This document shows positions 12,623 to 37,321 of a stretch of DNA of 37,321 bases, one piece after another. Made by a program: the position numbers and the translations under genes. Location of the stretch: contig NC_069008.1 of the NCBI RefSeq assembly GCF_001194135.2, positions 1,450,551 to 1,487,871 on the forward strand. The letters are read 5' to 3'. Source of the stretch: Octopus bimaculoides. Lineage: Eukaryota. Within the stretch, counting starts at the first letter, position 1, and every line of letters begins with the position of its first letter. A model generated the notes under the pieces. The model saw only the letters and a list, made by a program, of their open reading frames with translations, was not told the origin of the DNA and did no database searches.

Positions 12623-12941
12623 NNNNNNNNNNNNNNNNNNNNNNNNNNNNNNNNNNNNNNNNNNNNNNNNNNNNNNNNNNNNNNNNNNNNNNNNNNNNNN
12701 NNNNNNNNNNNNNNNNNNNNNNNNNNNNNNNNNNNNNNNNNNNNNNNNNNNNNNNNNNNNNNNNNNNNNNNNNNNNNNNNNNNNNNNNNNNNNNNNNNNN
12801 NNNNNNNNNNNNNNNNNNNNNNNTTTTTCTTTAAAAAAATTATTGGATGTTTTTTTGGGGCTTTTTTTTTTCCATTTTTGTTTTCTTAGTAACAACAAAA
12901 AAAAAAATCCAAAAAAACATCCATTCCAGTGTCCTACAGGT

Positions 12942-26940
<13,999 letters not shown>

Positions 26941-27108
26941 CTGAAAAGGAGAGAAATTAAACAAAGTTAATCAATTAGCATAAAACAAATTGAGATTAAT
27001 TAGTCAAAGAGTAAAATGAAGAAGTGTCATTTTGAGAGGTCTTTCAGCTGATCAATAAATCCAAGTAAAAAATAGCTTAGAGATGTCTGCATGCAATATA
27101 TATGTGTG

Positions 27109-27167
<59 letters not shown>

Positions 27168-27379
27168 GAGAATTCACGAAAAAACAACAGACGAAGACAG
27201 GTGGTGTAAACAACAAATGGATGTATTAGTATAATGCTCGGGAATAGAGAAAGTCTTTAATATTTTGAGCCTACGCTCTTCAACAGAAAGGAACACAGAA
27301 AGAAACAAGGAGAGAAAAAAATATGTGTAGTGGTCAGCGATCTATCATGGCGAATGCCGGACAGAAGGGTCAAAAATAG

Positions 27380-27867
27380 TAATAATAATACACAAGCTCA
27401 CGTAATCTTACATAAAAACACACACACTCACTAGTTCTTACACAATCTTATATAAACACACACAGTCTTATAACACATGCACACACATACACAATCTTAC
27501 ATAATGCCTTAAAATGCATGTACACATACACACACCTGCACATACACACAGAGTCTTATAACACATACACACACACACACACACACCTGCACATATGCAC
27601 TCTTACACACACACACATTCACCTACACATATACAATCTTACATAGACACACACAGGGTCTTAATAACATGCACTCCCACACACAGACATGCACATACAC
27701 ACAGTCTTACAATACATGCACACACACACACACACATTCTAATGGGTAAAGTGGGAGAGTAAGGGAGTGGGGGGGGAGAAAGAAAGGAGACTCCTTCTCT
27801 TTTTATGTCTCTTTACATTAATCACATCACAAAGGAATGGAGGGGAGGGACCCAGAATGGGATCGCT

Positions 27868-27898
<31 letters not shown>

Positions 27899-29300
27899 GG
27901 AGGTAACTGAGTTGAATAACAGTCATGGTAATTCCTTCGATTAGGGTTTGTATGCGTGGGGGTGGGGCAGTGGAAGGTGGAGCCTGGGAGTGATTGTGTA
28001 TGTAAGTGTGTGTGGGGGTAGAGAATATGAGAGCAAGAGGGTGTGTGTGTGAGCGTGCATATGGGCATGTGTGTGTGTGTGTGTGTGTGTGTGTACACAA
28101 TTGTATGTCAACAAAACAGTATGTGTGTGTGCGTATCAGCATGCATGTGTGTATATGTAGATGTGTATGAATGTGTGTGGATCTATGTATATCAATATGT
28201 GTGTGTGTGTTTCTATTAGCATGTGTGTCTATGTAAGTGGGTATGAGAGATTATGTGTGTGCGTGTGTGTGCATATGAACATGTGTGTGCATATGGGCAT
28301 GTGTGTGTGTGTGTGTGTGTGTATAAGAATGCGTATGTGCACATGTGCATACAAGTAGACGTTTGCCTGCATGTGTGATGGGGGGTGGTGGAAGAGAAAT
28401 NNNNNNNNNNNNNNNNNNNNNNNNNNNNNNNNNNNNNNNNNNNNNNNNNNNNNNNNNNNNNNNNNNNNNNNNNNNNNNNNNNNNNNNNNNNNNNNNNNNN
28501 NNNNNNNNNNNNNNNNNNNNNNNNNNNNNNNNNNNNNNNNNNNNNNNNNNNNNNNNNNNNNNNNNNNNNNNAAGGCGAGGGAGGAGGGAGACGGAGCAGG
28601 TGATAAGGGGAGAGATGGAGAGGAAGAGATAGAGTGGGAGATAGAGAGAGGCAGACAAAGAGAAGTAGAGAGGGGAAGATAGAGGGAAGGGGGAGGGAGG
28701 GAGGGAGAATAACTGAGAAAGTGAATGAGTAAGAAGAAAAGCATGAGAATGAAAGAATAAGAGAGTGAATGAAGGAATAAATAAGAGTGAAAGAAAGAAT
28801 GAATGAGAGTGAATGAAAGAAGGAATGAGAGAAAATGAGTGAATGAAAGAAGGAATGAGAGTGAATGAGTGAAAGAAAGAATGAATGAGAGTGAATGAAA
28901 GAATTAATAAATGAAAGAATGAATAAGAGCGAATGAGAGAGGAAATGAAAGAGTAAATGGGAGAGAGAGAGAGAGAGGGAGAGAGAGAGAGCAAATGAAA
29001 GAATGATTGAGAAAGGAGCTGGAACAAAAGATAAAAAAGCAGGGTAGGTTTACCCAAAAAGAAGATAAAGGGGGTGGGGAGCCGAGTATAGAATGGAACT
29101 GGAGTTGGGGTGGAATGACAGAGCGGACAGGCTGCAAAGGTGGGGTGGAGGGCAGAGCAGGGACTGGGGGGAGAATGCTGCAACTGAGCATCCAAGGGGA
29201 AGAGGAAGATGAGGGTAGGGGTGGGGTGGTTGAGAGGAGAGCAGGGTGGATGGTGGGGGGACATGGAGGAAGGGGTCCTGATTCATCCCCTGCTGCTATC
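27380..29300. repeat. Low-complexity block: CA-rich, (TG)n, then GA/GAAT-rich purine tract
   Basis: Direct inspection; source of many spurious ORFs. Confidence 0.85.
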
Positions 29301-29487
29301 CATTCATCCAGAATGGAATTCTAATTTGTTTCATCAGTCAGTAAACAGCCACCCCTGCTTCCAATATACCCCCATCCATCAAACAAAACACACAGGCAAA
29401 CACATATACGCACATATATACACACACAAATCCAAAAAGGATTGTTGCTATTCTCATATACTTACAAATACACACACACACACACAC

Positions 29488-29553
<66 letters not shown>

Positions 29554-29976
29554 GCATGGCTATGTGGTAAAAAGCTTGCTTCCTACTCACATGGTTCAAA
29601 GTTCAGATCTATTGTGTGACAGGCACCCTTGGGCAAGTATCATTTACAACAGCTCTGGGCCAACTAAAATTTTGTGAGTGGATTTGGTAGATGGAAACTG
29701 AAAGAAGCTCATTATGTATGCATCTCTATCTATTTATATCCATACGTAATGTATTTCATGTTGTTTGCACAGTTGGTGACGTCCTGTACCCATATATGCA
29801 TATTTGTGTGTGTGTGTGTGTGTGTATATACAGATGCAGCATGGAATTTTGTCAGTGAAAAGGTCGCGGTCTCAAAGCACCGAAAATATTTTGGTAAATT
29901 GAATTTAAATGTTGAAGTGAATCCAACGGTTTTTGTGTTTCTTAAATGGCTTATAAACACCTTCCACGCTGCAATT

Positions 29977-30013
<37 letters not shown>

Positions 30014-30882
30014 CACACGCACACACATATATATATATCATCATCATCATCATCATCATCGTTTAATGTCCGTTTTCCATGCTAGCATGGGTTGGACGAT
30101 TTGACTGAGGACTGGTGAACCAGATGGCTACACCAGGCTCCAATATAGATAGATAGATAGATAGATAGATACACACACACACACACATATATATATGTAT
30201 ATATATATATATATATATANNNNNNNNNNNNNNNNNNNNNNNNNNNNNNNNNNNNNNNNNNNNNNNNNNNNNNNNNNNNNNNNNNNNNNNNNNNNNNNNN
30301 NNNNNNNNNNNNNNNNNNNNNNNNNNNNNNNNNNNNNNNNNNNNNNNNNNNNNNNNNNNNNNNNNNNNNNNNNNNNNNNNNNNNNNNNNNNNNNNNNNNN
30401 NNNNNNNNNNNNNNNNNNNNNNNNNNNNNNNNNNNNNNNNNNNNNNNNNNNNNNNNNNNNNNNNNNNNNNNNNNNNNNNNNNNNNNNNNNNNNNNNNNNN
30501 NNNNNNNNNNNNNNNNNNNNNNNNNNNNNNNNNNNNNNNNNNNNNNNNNNNNNNNNNNNNNNNNNNNNNNNNNNNNNNNNNNNNNNNNNNNNNNNNNNNN
30601 NNNNNNNNNNNNNNNNNNNNNNNNNNNNNNNNNNNNNNNNNNNNNNNNNNNNNNNNNNNNNNNNNNNNNNNNNNNNNNNNNNNNNNNNNNNNNNNNNNNN
30701 NNNNNNNNNNNNNNNNNNNNNNNNNNNNNNNNNNNNNNNNNNNNNNNNNNNNNNNNNNNNNNNNNNNNNNNNNNNNNNNNNNNNNNNNNNNNNNNNNNNN
30801 NNNNNNNNNNNNNNNNNNNNNNNNNNNNNNNNNNNNNNNNNNNNNNNNNNNNNNNNNNNNNNNNNNNNNNNNNNNNNNNNNN

Positions 30883-31486
30883 GCGAGAAACTCATGAATG
30901 AAGAGAGCTTGGAGACGGTGCATTGTTTCATGAAGAATCCAGTTCTTCATGCTGCACGGACCCAGTCACTTTCGTCGAATCTCTTCCCTCAAATGTTTCA
31001 AAACATCACAGTAGAAGTTTCAATTGACGGTCTGGCCCGGGGGGGGGGGGGAAACAAATTCTCAATGCACAATACCACATTTCTGGGTGGGGTGACTCTT
31101 GTGGCAGGTCTTCCAGATTATTCATTATCTTCTCAGGATGTTCTTCTGCTTTTGAAGTACCCATGCCACTCGAAACAATGCGTACAACCCGTTGCCTCAT
31201 TGCTGTAAAATTGCTGAACCTTGCTCAAAGTGTTTTGTAGCAGACTTCTCAAGTTTAACGTAAAATTTCATATTTTGGCTCTTTGTTCCAACTTCCTGTC
31301 CGTGACAAAAATCACAGCATATACGTGATCAGAAAAACACAAATTTCACAACTTGTGTGATAAACACAGCGATGTCACTCAACACAGTTGAAGTTCGGTG
31401 TTAGCTCTCATTGTGTATGCAACCGCATGCTGCCACCTGTTGGCATGCTACAGAACTGGTCTGGGAATTTTTTGGTACCGCATAGT
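30883..31486 (-). mobile_element. Internally deleted mariner transposon relic
   Basis: Frameshifted pieces EQRA-NMKFYVKLEKSAT, FEWHGYFKSRRTS*EDNE*SGRPAT and PGQTVN*NFYCDVLKHLREEIRRK...NWILH...ALFIHEFL; TIR-like end with TA near 31486. Confidence 0.85.
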
Positions 31487-32950
31487 AGAAAGAAAAATAA
31501 CAGGGTAATGTCGTTCGTAGGAGAGGTTTGGATGGTAAAGGAGAAGGATGAAATATTGTAATTGAATAAATCTAGGGAAGTTAAGTGAAGAGAAATTTTG
31601 TTTTTCACACATTGTGTTGGTTGAACTATACTCTCTTTTTTACTCTTTTACTTGTTTCAGTCATTTGACTGTGGCCATGATGGAGCACCGCCTTTAGTTG
31701 AGCAAATCGACCCCAGGACTTACTCTTCGTAAGCCTAGTACTTATTCTATTGGTCTCTTTTTGCCGAACCACTAAGTTACGGGGACGTAAACACACCAAC
31801 ATCGGTTGTCAAGCAATGTTCGGGGGACAAACACAGACACACAAACATACANNNNNNNNNNNNNNNNNNNNNNNNNNNNNNNNNNNNNNNNNNNNNNNNN
31901 NNNNNNNNNNNNNNNNNNNNNNNNNNNNNNNNNNNNNNNNNNNNNNNNNNNNNNNNNNNNNNNNNNNNNNNNNNNNNNNNNNNNNNNNNNNNNNNNNNNN
32001 NNNNNNNNNNNNNNNNNNNNNNNNNNNNNNNNNNNNNNNNNNNNNNNNNNNNNNNNNNNNNNNNNNNNNNNNNNNNNNNNNNNNNNNNNNNNNNNNNNNN
32101 NNNNNNNNNNNNNNNNNNNNNNNNNNNNNNNNNNNNNNNNNNNNNNNNNNNNNNNNNNNNNNNNNNNNNNNNNNNNNNNNNNNNNNNNNNNNNNNNNNNN
32201 NNNNNNNNNNNNNNNNNNNNNNNNNNNNNNNNNNNNNNNNNNNNNNNNNNNNNNNNNNNNNNNNNNNNNNNNNNNNNNNNNNNNNNNNNNNNNNNNNNNN
32301 NNNNNNNNNNNNNNNNNNNNNNNNNNNNNNNNNNNNNNNNNNNNNNNNNNNNNNNNNNNNNNNNNNNNNNNNNNNNNNNNNNNNNNNNNNNNNNNNNNNN
32401 NNNNNNNNNNNNNNNNNNNNNNNNNNNNNNNNNNNNNNNNNNNNNNNNNNNNNNNNNNNNNNNNNNNNNNNNNNNNNNNNNNNNNNNNNNNNNNNNNNNN
32501 NNNNNNNNNNNNNNCACACAAATATACGTACAACAAAATGAACATATAATGATACATTCAGATTAACATGCCAAGACACACACACACACACAAACAGAGA
32601 TATATACACATATGTATATAGACAAACAAGATGTGCATATGCACACATACATATGCACATGCATACATAATACCTGATCCACAGGTAGAACAGCAGCAGA
32701 GATGGTGGACTCTTCGTTTAGAGCAGATGTACAGGGGTAATTAGCATCAAAATCTCATGCAAAAAAAAACAAAAAAAAACAGATTCTCTTAAACGCTAGG
32801 AAGACTCCTAGTCGATAAATTTCGTTAACGAGGTGACCTAATTAACAGTGAAAGTAGGTGCTCCGAAAACAGTAGCAGCCAGTTTTAAGAACAGGTTGGA
32901 GGAAGTTCAGGGAGCTAATAATACTTCTATTAACAACAAAGGGCGGCATA

Positions 32951-33281
32951 CCTATGCAAGGGAGCACCACCCATTGACTTTGTTTCCTCATAACTTTCAG
33001 AAAAGGATATTTTTTTTTAATTAATGCAATTTTCCATAATTACCTCTCAGGTGATTATTCTGATTATATAGGAGTTTAATGTGAAAAAGTAAATTAGTGG
33101 ATATGCAAACATATATACCTACAGATATCATACGTATAGGCAAGAAGGTTGCTTCTCAAACACATGGTTCTGAGTTCAGTTCCACTGTGTGGCACCTTGG
33201 GCAAGTGTCTTCTACTATAGTCTCGGGCCAACCAAAGCATTGGGAGTAGATTTCATAGATGGAAACTGAAAGAAGCCAGTC

Positions 33282-33368
<87 letters not shown>

Positions 33369-33782
33369 TTTGTGCCTGCTTTTGTGCCCCAATCACTGCT
33401 TGGCAACAGGTGCTGGTGTGTCTACATCCCCATAACTTGGCAGTTCAGCAAAAGAGACTGATAGAATAAGTTGATTGGTTCAACTTAAAACCCTTAAAGG
33501 TGTGTATGTATGTGTTTGTCTTCCCATCATCACTTGACAACCGATGTTGTCGTGTACATCCCCATAACTTCGACTAAAAAGAGATGCTCCAGCATGGACA
33601 CATCAAATGATTGAAACAAGTAAAAGAATAAAAAAACTCTGAAAAATATTTTCGCATTAAATTGATATAAGCAGTATCTATGTGATCTGAAAGGTATTTG
33701 CAGAGAATTTCATAAAAACATGTCCGTTTTTCTGAAAGTTATGAGGAAACAAAGTCAATGTCGGTGGGCCCACTCTTATAGG
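32951..33782. mobile_element. Tc1/mariner-type MITE with TA TSD and a nested SINE
   Basis: TA|CCTAT...ATAGG|TA ends; perfect 33-bp inverted repeat at 32972-33004 / 33728-33760; SINE inside at about 33130-33635. Confidence 0.8.
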
Positions 33783-34378
33783 TATGCACAAGGTTTCTTT
33801 CTCAGAATGAAGGAGAGATCACATGATGCTTGTTGTGAATTGTAATGATGCTACATGGTAGAAATGAAGTGGGTTTTGAATACAGGGGATTTCGAAAGAC
33901 TAAGGGGACAAGAAGTAAATGAAGTGAGCATGACAATGCAGAGGTGAGAGGATGCCCTTACATTTGAAGAAGTTATTAAGCAAGGTGAGGATGCAATGGC
34001 TGGCATTCCGTGCACACTGATTGGCTCAACAGCTCCACAAGGAGGAAATGCAACACTGATTCTGTTGTGTAATGAAAGAGGTGTGAAGTCAGACTGCGGT
34101 ATCTTTTACAGTAACTGCTGCTGCTGAGATATTTGGCAGAATTTTTATTGAATTCAGGTTAGTTTTTTTCAGCCGTTCCATTTACGGTCATTTTTCTGGG
34201 CTGGCTTTAGACAGGGTGAGCAAATCTGAAGACGTACTCTTCACTGCCACATGCTCTTCCTGCTGTCAATCCTCAACTCCAGAAATGATTAAATGTACAT
34301 GTGTGTGTGTGTGTGAATGTGTGAGATGGGTGTGTATATGAGATGGGTATGTGAGTGAGTGTGTGTGCGAGATGCATG

Positions 34379-34417
<39 letters not shown>

Positions 34418-34734
34418 ATGCGTGAGGTGTGCGTGTGTGTTGTACTTGTTTGACCTCCTGTCAAAATGTCCAACCCATGCCAGCATGGAAAACAGATGTC
34501 AAATGATGATGGTGATGGGCTTCTTGAAGTTACAGTTTCTGTCTACCAAATCCACTCACAAGGCTTTGGTCGGCCTGAGGCTATAGCAGAAGACACTCAC
34601 CCAAGGTGGTTGGGAAGGAACTTTCTTATCATATAGCCATAACTGTATGCACACAGATTTNNNNNNNNNNTGCACACAGATTTGTCTCCATACATACACT
34701 AATGTGTATACAGTGACATACTCCGTGTAGGTGC

Positions 34735-35125
34735 AGGCATGGCTGTGAGATAAGAAGCTTGCTTCTCCACCACATGGCTCTGGGTTCAGTCCCACTGTGT
34801 GACACCTTAGGCAAGTGTATTCTAATGTAGCTTCGAGCAGACCAAAGCCTTGTGAGTGGATTTGGTAGATGGAAACTGAAAGAAGCCTGTTGTGTGTGTG
34901 TGTGTGTGTCTTTCTGTCTGTGTTTGTCCACCATCACCACTTGACAACTGGTGTTGGTGTGTTTACATCCCCATAACTTAGTGGTTTAGCAAAAAAGACA
35001 CCATTAGAATAAGTACTGGGCTTACAAAACAAAGTCAGCAGGGGAGGGGTGGAGGCGATTTGTTCAACTAAAATCCTTCAGGGTGGTACCCCAGCATGAC
35101 CACAATCAAATGAGTGAAACAAATG
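34735..35125 (+). mobile_element. SINE, family of 19290-19638
   Basis: Head, core and tail homology. Confidence 0.8.
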
Positions 35126-35588
35126 GAGCATATACATATATATATGAGTTCCTTTCAAGTGTTGGGCGTCACGGAGTTCTTTTTGAATGTTGGGCCTCGC
35201 AGAAGCAAAATGGCTGAGTTCCTTTCACATATTGGGCCTCACGGAGGCATTGACCAAGACCTTTGGAATTCTGTTGTGCTTGAGAAGAAGACCCATCAAG
35301 CCAAGCAAAATCGCCGCCATAGCAGATACCAGTGTCACAGAAATTGGCACCTGTGCTAGTGGCACGTAAATGCACCCTGGTGTCACACAAATGGCACTTG
35401 TGCCAGTGGAACATAAGAGCACCCATTACACTCTCAGTGTGGTTGGCATTAGGAAGGGCATCCAGCCATAGAAAGCCATGCCAAATCAGACTGGAGCCTG
35501 GTGCAGCCTTCCAGTATGCCAGCCCAGTCAAACTGTCCAACCCATGCCAGCATGGACAACGAATGCTAAATGATGATGATGATGATAT

Positions 35589-35624
<36 letters not shown>

Positions 35625-36024
35625 ATACACACATGAACACCCATACATACGTGTTTATATAAATAAATACATATGAATATACACACACATGCATGCACAG
35701 TAACACACATTCACACACAAAACATCAATAATAAACACACAAGCATCAGCATAAACAAATACACACACACACCAACACACAACAAAAGAATGAACACAAC
35801 TCCTAATGTCAACACTGAAACGTCCACGTGGCTGCTCGACCTGTTAGAAACGGTAATCAATGCTGCCTCGAATCACATCGTAAGACAGACAGGCGAAGCT
35901 TAAAATTCATCTGATTGGGAGTCTATGTAAGCAAGCCGACCAGGCAACAAATAATAACAGCCCTTGTACCTATCTCTCTCTCTCTCTCTCTCTCTGTCCC
36001 TCAAAACATACACATATATATATA

Positions 36025-36420
36025 CTCTTACTTGTTTTAGTCATTTGATCGCGGCCGGCCACGCTGGAGCACCACCTTAAAAGGGTTTATTAAGTCTTTG
36101 AAAGCTGCCGTAGTCAGAGCAATGTCCGAAATGAACCAGGACCACTACTTGATTCGAGCATGTAGATTCTTTCTAAGCCTAGTACTTATTCTATCGGTCT
36201 CTTTTGCTGAACCACTAAGTTAAGGGGATGTAAACAAACATACATCAGTTGTCAAGCGATGGGGGGGGGGACAAACAGACACAAAGACACACATAAATAT
36301 AGGGGCTTCTTTCAGTTTCCATCTACCAAATCCTTTCACAATACTTTGGTCAGCCTGAGGCTATAGTAGAAGACACTTGCCCCAGGTGCTACAGAGTGGG
36401 ATTGAACCCAGAGGCATGTG
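36025..36420 (-). mobile_element. SINE, family of 19290-19638
   Basis: Reverse-complement homology. Confidence 0.75.
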
Positions 36421-36974
36421 CACCTATATATAATCTGTTACCTTTTGTTTCAGTCATTTGAGTGTGGCCATGCTGGGGCACCGCACTGAAAAGTTTTAGT
36501 TGAATGAACTGGCCCCAGTCTTTTTTTTTTTATCTTAAAGCCTTGTACTTATTCTATTGGTCTCTTTTGCTGAACTGGTATGTTAAAGGGACGTAAGCCA
36601 ACCAACACTGGTTGTCAAGCAGTGGGGGCAAATAGACACAAAGACATACACACACACATATATATATCATCATTTAATGTCCACTTTCCATGCTGGCATG
36701 GGTTGGATGGTTTGGCTGAGGACTGGTGAAACCAGATGGCTACACCAGGCTTCAATGTGATCTGGCAGAGTTTCTACAGCTGGATGCCCTTCCTAATGCC
36801 AACCACTCCGAGAGTGCAGTGGGTGCTTTTATGTACCACTGGCACAAGGGTCAGTCAGGTGGTACTGGCAATATATGTAGGGTGCATAAGGTATTTGAGG
36901 ACATACCTTTTGGGGGGGGGGTCATTGCTGCATTTTTTGCTAACCCTGTATAGTCATTGTTTCAGAAAATAATA

Positions 36975-37321
36975 ATGCCAGACCCTCAGCTTACTCAAGA
37001 AATGAAGAGGCATTCTGTTATTGTGGTTACAAAGGCTGAGAAGAGCGATTTAGAAACATCTTGATTTTTAAAAGTTGCCAGATCTTTCGTCTACAAAGTT
37101 TGTAAGGAGCTGGAGACTGAAGATGGAAATGTATCACCAGTACCAAAGCATAAAACGCATTCTGAATGCTCTGAAATCATCAGAACATTTACCTTTATCC
37201 AGCAAGTTCAACAGACCATTGATTACAATCCCAGAAAGTCCATGGGGTCAATTGCAAAAGATCTCCATGTGTCAGAAGGAACAGTCAGAAATGTTGTCCA
37301 CAAAGACATCAGATATAAGTC
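36975..37321 (+). mobile_element. Tc1/mariner-superfamily transposase N-terminal relic (possibly maT/DD37D-like), truncated by the window end
   Basis: MPDPQLTQEMKRHSVIV...ETS*FLKVARSFVYKV...QQTIDYNPRKSMGSIAKDLHVSEGTVRNVVHKDIRYK: paired HTH-type pattern with one stop. Confidence 0.75.

Noticed and set aside
11640-12898. Many YI/CV/HT-rich ORFs (also near 7.2-7.6, 16.2-16.7, 23.3-23.9, 27.7-29.6 and 33.1-35.7 kb)
   Set aside because: Translations of (TA)n, (CA)n, (GATA)n, (CAC)n and GA-rich microsatellites.
28950-29275. G-rich runs as a G-quadruplex regulatory element
   Set aside because: Part of a low-complexity purine tract with no independent support.
30220-32514. Identical gap lengths (663 nt twice; 171 nt at 21667-21837 and 28401-28571)
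   Set aside because: Scaffolding size estimates, not biology.
32672-32760. Possible LYPLA upstream exon (..STISAAVLPVDQ|GTATTA)
   Set aside because: Phase-compatible, but the donor is weak, there is no start codon and it does not resemble APT1 N-termini.
33790-34030. Faint RTE-like peptide (..LLSKVRMQWLAF)
   Set aside because: Too decayed to support without a profile search.
34648-34683. 13-bp direct repeat TGCACACAGATTT flanking a 10-N gap
   Set aside because: Typical contig-overlap artefact, not a TSD.

Overview
AT-rich, repeat-dense animal genomic scaffold with 11 N-gaps. The SINE families and microsatellites look like a coleoid cephalopod, probably Octopus (inference). The only supportable host gene is an acyl-protein thioesterase / lysophospholipase (LYPLA1/2, APT1 family) on the minus strand. 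It has seven coding exons between 26940 and 12942 that splice in frame to 203 aa plus stop with an intact Ser-Asp-His triad; the first coding exon was not found. Everything else is mobile or repetitive DNA: several tRNA-derived SINE families, RTE LINE pieces, two (TAA)n-targeted R4/Dong-like LINE ends, a Penelope-like GIY-YIG relic, mariner/Tc1 relics and MITEs, a dispersed 5S rRNA copy, a ~220-bp tandem array and many microsatellites. The most unusual signal is a set of minimal type I hammerhead-ribozyme motifs. The best case is a TSD-flanked element at 25730-26145 that combines a tRNA-like Pol III head with two inverted hammerhead-bearing arms. It looks like a Penelope-dependent, ribozyme-carrying SINE sitting in a LYPLA intron. 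Nearly all ORF-track entries are artefacts of N-gaps, microsatellites or repeats.
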